Origin: Catajapyx aquilonaris
Lineage: Eukaryota
DNA: 64,000 nucleotides
Assembly: GCA_000934665.2 (NCBI GenBank)
Contig: KZ537964.1
Location: forward strand, 1 to 64,000
Direction: 5' to 3'
The position numbers and the translations under genes were made by a program. Within the stretch, counting starts at the first letter, position 1. Every line of letters starts with the position of its first letter. The notes beneath the pieces are model-generated. The model was not told the DNA's origin. It saw nothing but the letters and a program-made list of their open reading frames with translations, and made no database searches. This document shows positions 1-12,900 of this stretch, in pieces.

Positions 1-753
1 GGCGCAGTGTTCGAATCTTCGTCCCTGGCATAAAATGATTTGGGGAAGTGGGTGGGTGGGGTGGGTGGGGTGGGCCTCGGGGCCTGTAAATGAGTCTGGA
101 GGAGACAAGTCTGCTGCAATTTGGTGGACACGGGGCCCGAAAGGGGCAATTTCCATCTGTGAAGTCTGACACTCACAATGTAATTAGAGTTGGGAAATGC
201 CTGCCTGTAGTTGACCCCAAAGTGGGGATGNGGGGTTGTCCAGATTGGAAAACTGGGTGGGGTCGGGTGGGAGAGAATTACTAGTGGGAGGAGGGAGGCT
301 GGTTCCTTAATTTGTTTTATCTAGATTTTTGCCCGGGTGGTAATTAATTCTTGATTAGTCGATTTGTAGTGAGAATGTCCAGTGGTCATCATGGCGGTGT
401 GTATGCAAATGACTTTCATTTGGTGGACTGCAGCTTCCAGAAACTGCTTTTATTCATTTCAGTTATAATATTTATTCAGTTTAGTTATAATATTTCATTT
501 CCTTATTTGTAACATTCATTTTAGCTATAATATTTTATTCTTTCAATTATTATTTATAATATACAGCATTACATTACATCATACTGCATATCAATATTTA
601 TCATATTATTTATTAGAATATTATTCTACTTATTGCCATAGTGTATTTTTTTATTTATTATAATATTTATTACCATATTTATTAACTAGTTGTTAAAATA
701 GCTATTTCAATATTAATTAGAATGTTAATATATTATTTACTAGCATATATATA

Positions 754-1005
754 CAGGGTGTTCCACGCACACAAGTTCGTGGGTCACTTTACTCATCGCT
801 AATATTGCTCGAAGTTGTTATTTTTTGAGCTTGTTGTGACCCTAAACAGTTAACCCATTACTCCCAGGTGGCCGAATATAGCAGTTGATATAGATTATAT
901 AATATGGCAAATATTATTAGTGGTGGCACAACAAGCGACCAAAAATAACCACTTCGGGCAATATTAGTGATAAGAAAAGTGACTTACGAACTTGGAAGAC
1001 ACTTT
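754..1005. mobile_element. Tc1/mariner-type MITE (degenerate)
   Basis: Begins TA|CAGGGTGT. Left arm AAGTTCGTGGGTCACTTTACTCATCGCTAATATTGCTCGAAGTTGTTATTTTT is an imperfect inverted copy of the 940-1005 arm. TA-rich flanks. Confidence 0.7.
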
Positions 1006-2936
1006 ATAATATATAACTAATTATAACATAATAAATTTCCGCTTTTCACCCGACATGCCGGGGCAGAATTGCACTCCCTACTCTGCCCAGAGCCAGGAGA
1101 AAAGGTATGGTGTATTTCACAAAGTCAGAAATGACTAAAAATTACAGCGCCCTCCCTTCGGAGCCTCCCCTTCCCCTCTAAGAGGGGTATTAAAATATAA
1201 CATAATAAATGGAATAATTCCTGCATATATTAATATTTTAATGGGTATATTTATCAACGCTGTATAGTGTATATTCTGATATTTTTCGATCAGACGAGTA
1301 GATCCCGAGTCGGAGTCTACCAGACTGTTGTTGACATCAGCAGTGTTGCCAACCCAGACGGCCCTTATTCCAAGGGCACAAAACCAAGCCATCAAACGCC
1401 CCCCTCCAGCAGCGAGGCCTACCACGGAATTCTCATCGCACCTAGCGCCGGCCTGCAATTAATTTTGATGACAATGGCTGCCGTGGCAGGGGTGACGGTT
1501 GGGCAGGGGGGGAGTTTTAGGCCACCTTCCTCTCACGCAAGTTGAACGTTTTATTGACATTTCCATCCATCACCGCCGCGGAAAAACGCACATTTATGAC
1601 CAGTGCTTTGATTGCTATAACCCTTAATCATGGTTTATAGGCGGGCGGCGGGTGATTATAGCAGTACGCCAGCCATTCAATACCGGCCATAATGGAAATA
1701 GCGGCCCAGGGAATGGATTCGCTCAACGGCCTCGCCGCCATGAAATATGGAAACGGGGGAGGGGGGGGGNGGATGATGAATGAGCCTGTCTAATTATTCC
1801 TCCCCTGCCACCCACCACGGTCTCTTCCTTTCTTCCTTTTGGGCCTGCCCGCCTACCTCCCCACCACCCCCTCTAGGCAAAATAAGCTATAATTTACATA
1901 CTCAGGGGGGGCGACGGAGGCATGAATGTCATGCTGAGCCGGTGCCAATGCTGGCCCGGTGAATATTATGCAGATGATTTTTGTCACCCGGTTGTCGGAA
2001 TGGCGTCTGGGAACCAAAAATGGGCGCCAAAGTGGGATTCCAAGGAGGGTGGACTTGGGCTGGTCCTAAAGTTGGTTGGATCAAGCAGAAAGATATCGTT
2101 GACAACATTGAGGACAAACACAACCTACAAATTACAAAGTTACGTTGGATCAAGCAGAAAGATATAGTTTTATCGAAAGTGTGAGGGTGGCCTGATGCAG
2201 TCCTAAATAGTGAGCCAGCAAGCCTGGATTTTCTGCCAGCATATAAGCAAGGTCAAATCTTTGCCTTCGCTCTAGGTTTATTATACTTGGTGGATTTCAC
2301 TTATATGTTACTCTCCAAATTATTTTATAGGCATATAAAGTACGTGATTGTCACATGTGATATGTCATATTGCGAAACTGCAACTGCCTGCTATCTACTT
2401 ATTTTTATATGGGAGTCCATATAACAGAGCAGATGTCGTATAACAATTGGATTATTAGGTAGTACATTGTCTCATTATATGACGACCATATGTGGTGTAC
2501 AGGAAGGTCTGCAAAAGATTCATGGTTTTATAACTAGAATGCACTAGAATGATATCGCAGGAGCAAAATAACATAACTGCAATTTTGTGTTTTAGTGGGC
2601 TACGGTGGCGTAAAATTAGATATTGATGACGCTATTCGGGCCGAGCATGATTTGTTTAATCGCCCACCATAATTATCTCATAAATTAATTAGTTTACAAT
2701 TTAATTACGCAGATAACAGTCTCAATTGTCGATTTTATAAACCTGCTGCTGATTTTGCCAATTGCGCCAGGTGGGCTGGCTCTCAACTTGGCAACACTGG
2801 ATGAAACTACATCGCATTCTGCAAATTTATTTATTTATTTATTTTCTCCGTGATCATACCTTGGTTCTTACACGTTAGTAGGGGTACATTAATTTACACA
2901 CTTTTTAAATCTAAACAATACGGTTAATGAGAAAAA

Positions 2937-3020
2937 CCCTCGCTAAGCTCCCATGTTTATAATCTTTATATGGCGCAGGCGCGCATGCGCCATAGAAAAA
3001 ATGCGAGCTTATAGCGAGGG
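2937..3020. repeat. Short palindromic element
   Basis: CCCTCGCTAAGCTC ... GAGCTTATAGCGAGGG arms around a near-perfect 26-bp palindrome TATGGCGCAGGCGCGCATGCGCCATA (2969-2994). Confidence 0.65.
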
Positions 3021-3846
3021 GAAAAACTAGTTTTTCTAGTAATAAATTGAAAGTAGTCATAATTATATCCAAGATCCAATATTTTCCACTAAACTTCTCT
3101 CTTGTTGAAATATTTCGCCCCACTTTTGAGTCGAAAATTGTCACTCAAATTTTCAGAGTGCATAAAACACATTGCTGAAACATGCCATAAAACCTTCCGT
3201 CCAAAAAATGGCAGCAATAAGGCTCCGGGTATGACGTACAGCCCAGGCGTGAAGACATTTTCAAGCAATTAGTTCCCCAGAAAATTCTTCAGAAGTTGGA
3301 CGCATGTGAGGGGTCACTTTCACCCCCCCCCCCCCCCCCATACTTTAACGACCTGGGGCTGGGGGTCAGCGTGACATTTCCCCATAAAAACGTGTCACAT
3401 GTCAACTCAGGCCTCCGGAGAATGAGTCGTGTCGACGCGGCGAATGCACCGTGGATGTAATTAAAAGTGCAATAAAACAAGAAGGGCCTCCCCTTTCATT
3501 GTTGTAGCTCACCTTAATGAGATCTCCATTCTGTCTAGCATGACATGCGCCGCAAGGAAGGGAGCGATAAGTGTCCATGCGCAAATACTCAACCTAATGC
3601 CAATAAAACAAGGGTTGCAAATCTCTAACCGGACAGTTATACGGGAGCATAAATTTCGACCGGCCTGAGCAATAAAAGCCTCATTATCGAAATGTTTCCG
3701 TGATTCCGGCCCCAGTGGTTTTAACTGCTACTAGGATTTTCTGACAACCTTCGAACAAGTTTTGTGCACCTTATGAGGTGGTTTCGTAAGCCTGTGGAAT
3801 TTTGTGCGAATTTTTTCGGTCGTTAGATGTCCGGCCGGTTTGATCA

Positions 3847-4003
3847 TGGCGCTCTGTGGATGTGTGACGTCATGCAGTGGCGCGCTGTGGCTGTGTGACG
3901 TCAGCCACTGGCTCGCTGTGGATGTGTGACGTCAACCACTGGCGCGCTGTGGATGTGTGACGTCAGCCACTGGCGCGCTGTGGATGTGTGACGTCACTCA
4001 CTG
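3847..4003. repeat. 31-bp minisatellite, 5 copies, each with TGACGTCA
   Basis: Unit GCTGTGGATGTGTGACGTCAGCCACTGGCGC; TGACGTCA at 3865, 3896, 3927, 3958 and 3989. Confidence 0.92.
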
Positions 4004-7000
4004 GTGTTCTCGGACGTTTGTGTGGTTGTTGGAGGCAGGTGGCATTACTTTGCACATTTTGGGGGTACCAAAAGGTCCCCTGAGGAGAACCTAGCGTCGC
4101 CTGTCTTTTGGCTATTGTGAGTCAGCTGATTCGACATGGGTTGGTGTGAAAAGGTGCCGCTCCTTGGGCCCCCTCCAGGAGTGAAAAGCATCCAAAAGAC
4201 ACCCCTCTGGATACGTCTCAGTGTGTTTTTAGCACTTCTTGCAAATGGCCCTCAGGATACTCCATGGGGGTGGGTATACAACGTAGATTTATGACCGGTA
4301 TTATAGTCAGACGATGTGTGACATGGGTGATGCATGACATGGGCAGCGGATGACATTCATAAATGGACGTTGGCAGTGTGTGACATAGTGCCACACTTTT
4401 TGAATGCATGTGTGAGAGGAAAAAAATTTGCAATGGAAGCAAAATTATTGGAGGGAAAATATAAATTACAGGGTGCTTTTGGACATAAATCATTTCGAAA
4501 GTACCGGTTGCTCGTAATTATACTGTACAGGAAAAAAGCTAAAGGTTCTTTGTGGCCCCCTACTTCCACGCTGTTGTAAATCATTTTGAGAAGCACTTTA
4601 AGAAGATGGAAATTTCCGCAGAAAAATCTAGGTGTGAAATGGTGACACCCATCATATTATGTGTGGCTAAACACGCTATTGTTGGTAGCATTTAAAATAA
4701 CTAATATAATAATAAATTTATTCATTTTAGCTATGGAAGATAACGTCTGGAAGCATCCATGCAAAGCAAATTTGGGTCGAGTTTAGCACATCCTTTTTGT
4801 CTGTCCACATAAATCAAGGTTAGAGCCCAGGGACAGGTCAATTTCTAATAACAATAACTCCTCTGGTCTCTCATGACAAGCGTGGAAGCTGAGGGGGTAT
4901 GGCGGGGTAGGGCTTGGAAAAAATATTGGGGGCATCCTTTTCAGTGGCTTTTTTTCCTATGCTCCCCATCCATCTTCCCCATTTCCACGGCTGGCAAAAG
5001 GGGAAGTCGTGTCGCTTTATATCCACACAGCACCGCCATGTTACAACACCCACTGCCCCCTTCGTGGCTTTCATGTCAGGCAAGCCCTGCCGCGGATGTG
5101 TTTCGCTGGGGGTCGTCAAAAGTACTTCAAGTCAACTGACAACGGCGGTTGCTGCACCACACAAAGAGAGAGCCAAAGAGCTACTGGATACAAAAAGTTG
5201 TATGGGGGATATTCATTGTGGTGTTTGGATATAGAAGATGTCACGTGGATAGTGACAGAATTTGATGGATTGGGACAAATATGGGCCAAGTGGGAGTGTG
5301 AAATCACATTGAGATTACCAATGAATAATTCAGAAAATATTTACCTGTACAATTTTGTAGAAAAAATAGAACAAATTGAATCACTAGAGCATTTGCAATG
5401 CCAGAACTTGATTACGTATATACGTAATTGCGTAAGGTATGACGATTATGCCATCATTAGAATTAGGGAAGTTAAGGTAATTAGAGTCTCATAGTGATTT
5501 TTGAAAGATTACGATCATATGATTATACAATGTGGATAGTGTAATCTTTAGTACGATTTAAAACCATAATTTCTCCTAATAAGTTCCATGTGATGTTTTT
5601 CTTCCTACATTCTGTTTTAGTTCAGTGCGTTTTACTTCAGAAACTTCCACACTCTTACGCACAACCTTGAATCTTGTTACAAGGTCTACTGTATCTCCTG
5701 AATCTCAGGGATTTCATATTTTCATCTTTCTTATCCCATAAAAATTCCTTAATACAAATCTCAAAAATTACTACTCCTGTTGCAAGTTTGTAGACTAGTC
5801 TTGCAAAGACTAGATGATGTAGCAATCCAGAATCTACAATTACACATTTTTACACAATTCACTGTAATACTGTATTTAACTCAAAGAGGCTGAATCTTGT
5901 CGTATCAAAATGAGTTATGTATGTTACGCTCTGGAGGTTGCGATTACTGAAATAATAGCGCGAATAAATGAAGTTGGTAGCACTCTTGCCGCATATTCAT
6001 GCTGGCTTCCCCGGTGTTGTTTCTCATAACTTCAGTACAAATTGCAATTAATATAAAATACCTGCAGTTTCAACAATATAATGTTATAAAACGTGTTGTT
6101 TGTTATTTACCATATTCCGTTCGAAGAGGGGTGGGTCGTTTTAGTCCTAATTGTAAAATATATCGCCCCGAGAGTGTCAAGGCCTGTCTTTTGACTTACC
6201 CTGTACCGCTATACGTACGTGCCAACATGGCGGCGATTTGGGCCTAAGGGGATGAGTCCAAAGATGGAAGGCCCTATGCCCAAATGAGAGTAAGGCGGCT
6301 CGATTGATCTCAACTTGGGCCTATTAGCCGGTGAGACATTTATGACAGCGAGGGTATGCCCTCTTCCACCCTTCTCCTTTATGAAACCTTTATATAGTTT
6401 ATAGGGCTTCGATGGGGCTCTAGGGGGAAGAGGTTCTCCCTTCCTATACCGCCATATTCCCCTCAGGAGTCAGCTTTCTCTTAGCAGGCGGGCCAGGCTT
6501 TTATTGGAGGCCTATGATCCATCCCGTTTTATAGATGCTGACTAGGGGCCATGTTTGACCCCAGGCTTCCCATGAGGAGGAGAGAAAATGGGGGGGCCCT
6601 ACAGACTGTCTGAGATACATATGCAAGGCAGACTTGAGCAACACTGAGTAAAATACAGACATATATGCACCATGTGTAAATCTACATACTAACATATTCG
6701 ACCCACTGTGTAAAAGCATATCCCTTCCAGCAGTCACTCAGTTCTGCATGTGCGAGAGTGACATATCTATATCTCTATATGTCTAAAACTCCAACCTTTC
6801 CTCCCCCCCCCCCTTCCCACCCCCCGAGCAACAAAAATGAAAAACGCTTTTCATTTTGAACCCGACGGAAGAACTTGACAACTTATAGACATTTTAACGC
6901 CCCGTCTAGTTCCCCGGACATGTATTACAGACTATACCGACACGTTGGATATATTGAGTACAGGATGGCCTCAGGTTTCCCCATCTTATGATCCAGGGGA

Positions 7001-7247
7001 CACATAATCGATACCCCTCGCTATTCCTTATCGACAGGTATATTTTCGGTCTGGTGCCAAAATCCGTTAATTGCGTGTTGGCTCAAAAAGCTAACCACAT
7101 CTTGACCGTTACAGCTCAATATGACTCATGTCCTTAGTTGCCTCAACCCTCTTGAAGAGACAGTAGTATCAGAGCAGAAATTGGAATAATATAAACTATA
7201 ATGCAGATTTTTATAGACAAATTACGGTATCCGTACGGCTATAAAAA

Positions 7248-7398
7248 TTATCGATATTATCTATCATTTATTGTTACTGTTATTTTGATATGAACATCGA
7301 TATTATGCTATTGGTAGACCCTATCGATATTATCTTATATTGGTGTCGATATCATGTGATATTCCTATCGATTTTATTTATAAATTATTACCGATATT
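7248..7398. repeat. Degenerate ATCGAT-rich patch
   Basis: Several TATCGATATT-like words in an AT-rich background; same motif as 10516-11082, 50190-50432 and 61306-61798. Confidence 0.5.
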
Positions 7399-8447
7399 TT
7401 ATAGAAAGCCTCTCATAGAGCATCTGGAGACTATAATAGCTTCTACTACAGTATAGAATATAGAATGTTGAGAATATGGAGTTGATCATAGAGAGAGCAG
7501 ACTTTCTGTCCCCTATAGAAGGGGTGGAAAAGTCTCTAATATCAATGTCGTCCAAGCATAAAATCATTCCTCCCCGCTTCCCCCAGCATGCCAACCCCCT
7601 TCCCCCCTCCTCATTTTTTTTCACCCTAGTGCATAGACGATATACGGTAGTCCGGAAAATGAATGATGCCCAGCAGTGACGCCCCTCGGCCATTACTGTC
7701 GCGCGAACAAAGCGCCACATTTCACCTCATTGTTCCACTCTGACGTCCATTTATCATCGTCATTGTTCCTAGTGTTAAATAGGCCTTCACGGGTCTCATC
7801 CCTGCAATATGCGGCAGGAACTATTATTTAGTACTTCCCCTTTTACATAATGCACGGGGAATCGTGGGAATTTTCCATTCCACTCCCCACCCCACCCCTA
7901 TATAGGGGTGACCAGAATTTCAAACTTCCCCCCCCTTCACAATTCTAGAAAAATGGTTATTTTTGTGCGCATGCGCGGGATTGTAAATGCCTCGGAAATA
8001 AGGCATAATTAGACGGCGCGGCGGTGGCGGTCCGAATTGTAACAATGGAAAACGGTAGTTAGGCTGTGGGGAAGATGGACGGGCGGAAAGTAGATTGGCA
8101 GAAGAGCGACAGGATGTGGGAATGGGATCTGACAAGTGAGCGGTGCGGAATAAACGAGATGGGATGAAGACAGAATTGTAACTTTCTAACATTACGCTGC
8201 CGGTAATGATAAGAAGGGCACTTACTTCCTGCTAAAGCACTTAGTGTTGTCGGATGTCTTACGCAGTCATGAGCAAAGTATCCGAGTTATCCTCTAAAGC
8301 CTGTGGCATCTTGATCCGGACCAAACATGGCGGCGCCCATGTGATATAGGCATCATAACGCACCCCCTTTTTATTAAGGAAAGCGGAAGTAGGCGCGGAA
8401 GTTACCACGCTAACCAGTTACACAATGAATGACGATGATTATGATTT

Positions 8448-8503
<56 letters not shown>

Positions 8504-8528
8504 GCTGCTGCTGCTGCTACTACTACTA
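8448..8528. repeat. (TAC)n/(GCT)n compound microsatellite
   Basis: Directly visible; it accounts for the poly-Leu ORF 8429-8665. Confidence 0.95.
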
Positions 8529-8654
8529 CAGTTGAATCCCGATATAACAGCCTTGGCTATAACATCCCGCCATACTTCCATATGGTTTGTGTATTCGGTT
8601 ATAACAGACTTGTTTCCGGGGTCCTTTCAAGATTGCTATATCCGAATTCAACTG
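8529..8654. mobile_element. pogo/Tigger-like MITE (126 bp)
   Basis: TA|CAGTTGAATCCCGATATAACAG ... TTGCTATATCCGAATTCAACTG imperfect 22-bp TIRs, related to the TIRs of 29599-30079. Confidence 0.7.
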
Positions 8655-10515
8655 CTGCATTTTAATGAACTTGCAACCAGTTCACTTCGATATTGTAGTA
8701 ACTTTCGTCCATAGTTATTCTGCAATCTTGCCCATGTAGGCTTACTGTACGGTATAGCACCTAGTAATAAATAACCGTAATAGAACTTACGGTACACTAT
8801 AATAGAAGGACGATAATAGTAGGCTAATAGTTGGCTAAACGGCAACAAAAAAATCAGACCTACCGTACATGATCTGTTTTAAATACGTGTATATTATTAT
8901 CTGACTAACTGAGGCACACTGTTGATCATACGATCCTAATGAGCCTGCTAGATATATTGCTATTGGCTGATTTGCCCCACACTAGTACCGCAGTTATCTC
9001 CCAAATGTATGTGACGATTTCCTGATATCCACATAAATCTAGAGCTTACATATGGACAGTTATAGGCACCTAGCAGCTAATGTAACATTACTATCGCAAA
9101 AAAAAGGCGGAGCAGTATGCAATGGTAATATAACCGAGACTATAAATTGGGGGGCGCCCCCTGGTCCTGAGGCGTGAAACCCCCATGAAGTAGATCCAAA
9201 ATGGCCGGTTACGTAAACCGGAGAAACAATTCTTAATTTCCTGCCGCATTACCCTGACGGTTAGCGGATCCTCTGGGCGTCCACGCCAATGAATTTATCG
9301 GTAACCCATCGTTGGCTGGGGATTGCGTCGCACCAATATTTTCATTATTACGTGAGCCACCTAGGGGAGATGCAAAATAAGAGGGTGGCCATATTGGCAC
9401 CACCACCTCTCTCTTTTCTCTCTTTTTTTTAAAACCCCCCACCTCAATGGCGCCGGGTACAGGCGAACAAAAGCAGTACCCTTGGCAGGCTAATGACGGC
9501 GGTTCGTCATCCGCCTCAATAGTACGCCCTGTCAAACCGTAGCCCCCGGTTCATCCTTTGCGGTTCCGCCCAAGAGGAGAAGAAAGCCTGACGGGGATTG
9601 CCGCCGCCGCCTGTCCGGAACCCAAACCCACCACCACCCGAGGAGAATCGTACCAGATTTTGACTGAAATGCTTCTTTTCGGCAAGGATTGACCCCTGCT
9701 GTTACCTGATGGAACACCGAAGTCGCCATTTTGATGCAAGTCAGACGTCACCGGCGGCCATTTTGAATAACGTGTGATGTCAGATGTTTGATTTAAAAAG
9801 TTAACAACGAAACTACATATAATGCTAAAATAATACTCGAAATAATATTTATATCATGTAAATGTCCGGGTTCCGGCTACACCTTAGTGGGACGCCATTT
9901 TGGATTCAAATTGATATGGCTGAGAGAGCGCGAAAATTCTCCGCTCCAAAAATCCCAACCTGCATTTTTGATTCCCTAGTGGTGTCCACCAGATCCGGAA
10001 GCACGGAACTCGGGTATAATTGGTGGGCAGAGCATGTCACCTACGATTATACATCTGCAGAGCAAGGTTCTCCCCACAGCACACAGCCATGGAAAATTTT
10101 ACCTCCCCTACACACTCTCTCTGTAGAGTACACCTCTCCATCTCCCCCCCTCTCTACCACCATCCCCCCCTCTCTTCCCTCCTCGCCTCACGTAATTGTC
10201 GCCGCGATTTTACACCTCGGTGTCAAAGGCTGCGAAAGGCAGCCGCGTCATCCGTTATTCTGACAGGAGCGTGCAGAGCCCATGAAATGAAAGCCGCCAA
10301 CGTCAATTTGTGGGGATTTGCCGCTTCTATAGCTCTGTCAGGTCGCGGAGGCCCCTGCTTGTTCAAGGGGTAGGAGAGGGGGAAGGGGGGGAAGGGGGGA
10401 AGGCTTTTCAGGTGAAGTCTCCATATATCATCACTATACTACTGTGTGAAGCATACCCTGGATCTAAACCCACCTTTGTTCCGGGTATGACCCTTGGAAT
10501 CAAGATGGTTATAAA

Positions 10516-11082
10516 TGTCGATATATCGATATACCATATTGCGATGTACCGATATGTCTACATACTGTATCGTGATGTATCGATATATCAACGGACCATA
10601 TTGTGATACACCGATATATCGCAATATGTGTATACAGATTGCGACATACCTATCGTGATGTATCGATATATCAATGTGTATCAATATATCTGTATAAATA
10701 CGATATGATAAATTGATACATCGTTACACCACGATATGTATGTCGATATATCGCAATATTGTATGGATACTATGACGACCCTGGGGCTGCCCCGGGGTCA
10801 ACCCCGTGCTAGCTTTACCAAGAAAACACCTGGGTTCCATGGACACTGGTTTATTGGATCTTCCATGTTACCACCTTAGTACAGACTCTCTTGACTCACT
10901 CAACTATGGATACCAAATTCCCTCTCCCCTGGCCAGAGCCAGGGAAGCAGTGCGCATGGCTCGCCCACATCACATGACCTGTAGGGGACGGGTCCTCACA
11001 ATACATTGACATACCTATCGTGATGTATCGATATTTGCGATTATACCGATATATTGATACACATTGCCATGTATCGATATTC
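10516..11082. repeat. ATCGAT/ATCGTGAT-rich array (probable decayed hAT-type MITE interior), interrupted by 10771-11000
   Basis: Dense TATCGATAT words. GACATACCTATCGTGATGTATCGATAT occurs on both sides of the insert (near 10643 and 11008). Confidence 0.75.
10771..11000 (-). mobile_element. Candidate solo LTR (230 bp, 4-bp TSD)
   Basis: GC-richer insert inside the ATCGAT array. Termini TATGACGACCC / GGGTCCTCACA are 9/11 inverted; the minus strand starts TGTGA. TSD ATAC at 10767-10770 and 11001-11004. AATAAA on the minus strand at 10850-10855. Confidence 0.65.
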
Positions 11083-12459
11083 ATGTTGGGGTTCTCGTTC
11101 TCTTCACCCAATATCTGAGAGGACACATGGCACGTTCAAAGGCAGGAAGTAACGAGGGTCTTATCAACGTCGACGGGGATTAGGTGTCGATGACAAATCT
11201 CTCGCTTCCTGTATATCTTTCTTGTGTGGGTCTTAATCCTTCCATGTTGTCAACTTCGTGGGTGGTACATTACAGTGGAAGACTTCCGGGGTTGATGTTA
11301 TTTCGGGCCCTGAGCCAGAGAGCGTCGTGTCGTATCACTAGGAAAAGGAGAGCTGAAAAAAAGTCGATCTTCTTGTCAGGCCTTGCTCCCGTCCATCCGA
11401 TTTGACCCAAGGGTTGGGCAGGGGTCAACCAGGCGGTGGAAAAGATGTGGGAGCCCACTCGTTCAATTGTCAAGAACCCTCCCAAATCTCTAGTTTCTTG
11501 TCACGATCCCTTCAAAAAAATGGAGCAGCCTTTTTTGTCTATGTTCAAGGATTTATTGCGGACAACCAAGTGGTTCTGAAAGTAGTCGATAGATGGTAGT
11601 TAACTCAAAAATGGCCGCCTAGCTTTCAAAGTGAGTTTACTAATCCTATTCTAAAATCCTAGGATCATTACTGGATAAGTCGTGCCAAAGTTATGATCCT
11701 GGTCAAGTCAGGAAGAGGATTTTGGAACAGGATCTAGTAGTATATATATCTGGGAGGGGGAATGATCTAGCCCCCCCTCCTCCTCCTCTTCCAGGATTTC
11801 TCTCAGCACCTCCCTGCTCGAATTCGGCTTTTCTCACGCCCCGAGATTCGCAATCAATGGAGAGCCCGCTGACAGAGATTAATGGAAGCTGGTGAATGAA
11901 ATCGCGGCACCGCCAAAGATACTCCTGGATTAAGCTAATTTAACGTGATAATGCCCTCCACTTCCACCGTATCCACTCCCCCCCCTTGCAGCCAATGAAG
12001 TAAGCAGACCAAGCAGAAACTTGATAGGTTTTTCTCTAGGTTTTTCCCGCCTAAAAGTGCTGTCCTGAAGATGCAACAGATGCGGCTTGAACACCCCCCT
12101 TTTCCTAGCATCAATCAAGGGGTGGGGGGTGAAGGGGTGGATAAAGCACTTCCAACCTCCTACCACTTACTCACGTAATCCATCCTAATCCATCATTTGC
12201 AACGGAGGTAACACCCTGGCAGCATTGGAAAATTTTTGGGGGGGTGATGAGAGGAGGGTGATTAGAATCGGAGTGTCATGACGGGACGGTGCATACGGTT
12301 AGGGACTTTCAAAATTTGGGTGGGTGTGATAGGGATGTGGACTCAAAATGGCGGAACATGTGTTAGTCATGTGTGGAAAAAAAGGGAAGTGCAAGGGATG
12401 ATTGAGCTAGTTTTGCTCGTACTGAGACTCCTTAGACTGTCTATAATATTTTTAAATGG

Positions 12460-12900
12460 TTGTGTCCAACTTCAGAGGTTTCACTGTAAACCTGAAGAGA
12501 TACTACCTGTGAAGTTGGACATATGTTTACGAGGCATACAAATTTACAAAATGCTTAAAACCAAAAATAACGCAATGAAAAAATAATAGTGTCCAATATA
12601 GGCATGTGTCCGACTGGTCCAACTAACAAAATAAAATAAAAATATTTTAAGAGGTATGCAAATTTACAAATGTTTAAATGAATGCGGTAATAAATTTTAA
12701 ACGCCATATATAAATTAATGGAAAAATAGAGTGTCCAACATAGGGATGTGTCCAATTTCATAGGTTTCTCTGTTTTCTGGGACACCTGTGAAGTTGGACC
12801 CCCCCTATGTTGGACACTATTTTTCCATTATTTATGGTTAAAAATTGATTCATTTAATCAGTTGTAAATTTGTATATCTCGTAAAATAAAAATTTGCCTT
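12460..12900. mobile_element. Decayed inverted-repeat (MITE-like) cluster
   Basis: Repeated GTGTCCAAC/GTTGGACAC words in both orientations; 12640-12760 is an imperfect inverted copy of 12785-12895; ACCTGTGAAGTTGGAC occurs twice. Confidence 0.55.

Noticed and set aside
2075..2165. Two 22-bp direct repeats GTTGGATCAAGCAGAAAGATAT separated by 47 bp (CRISPR-like look)
   Set aside because: Only two copies, eukaryotic context and no cas genes; a simple local duplication.
1341..2799. CAGTGTTGCCAA ... TTGGCAACACTG as TIRs of a 1.46-kb hAT element
   Set aside because: The flanking 8-mers (GACATCAG and GATGAAAC) do not match, the interior is unique sequence, and the same word recurs elsewhere unpaired.
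3847..4003. CRISPR-like array
   Set aside because: Units are contiguous with no unique spacers; it is a minisatellite.
5009..5494. 161-aa ORF
   Set aside because: Non-ATG start, no recognisable motif, and it spans a GC-to-AT compositional boundary.
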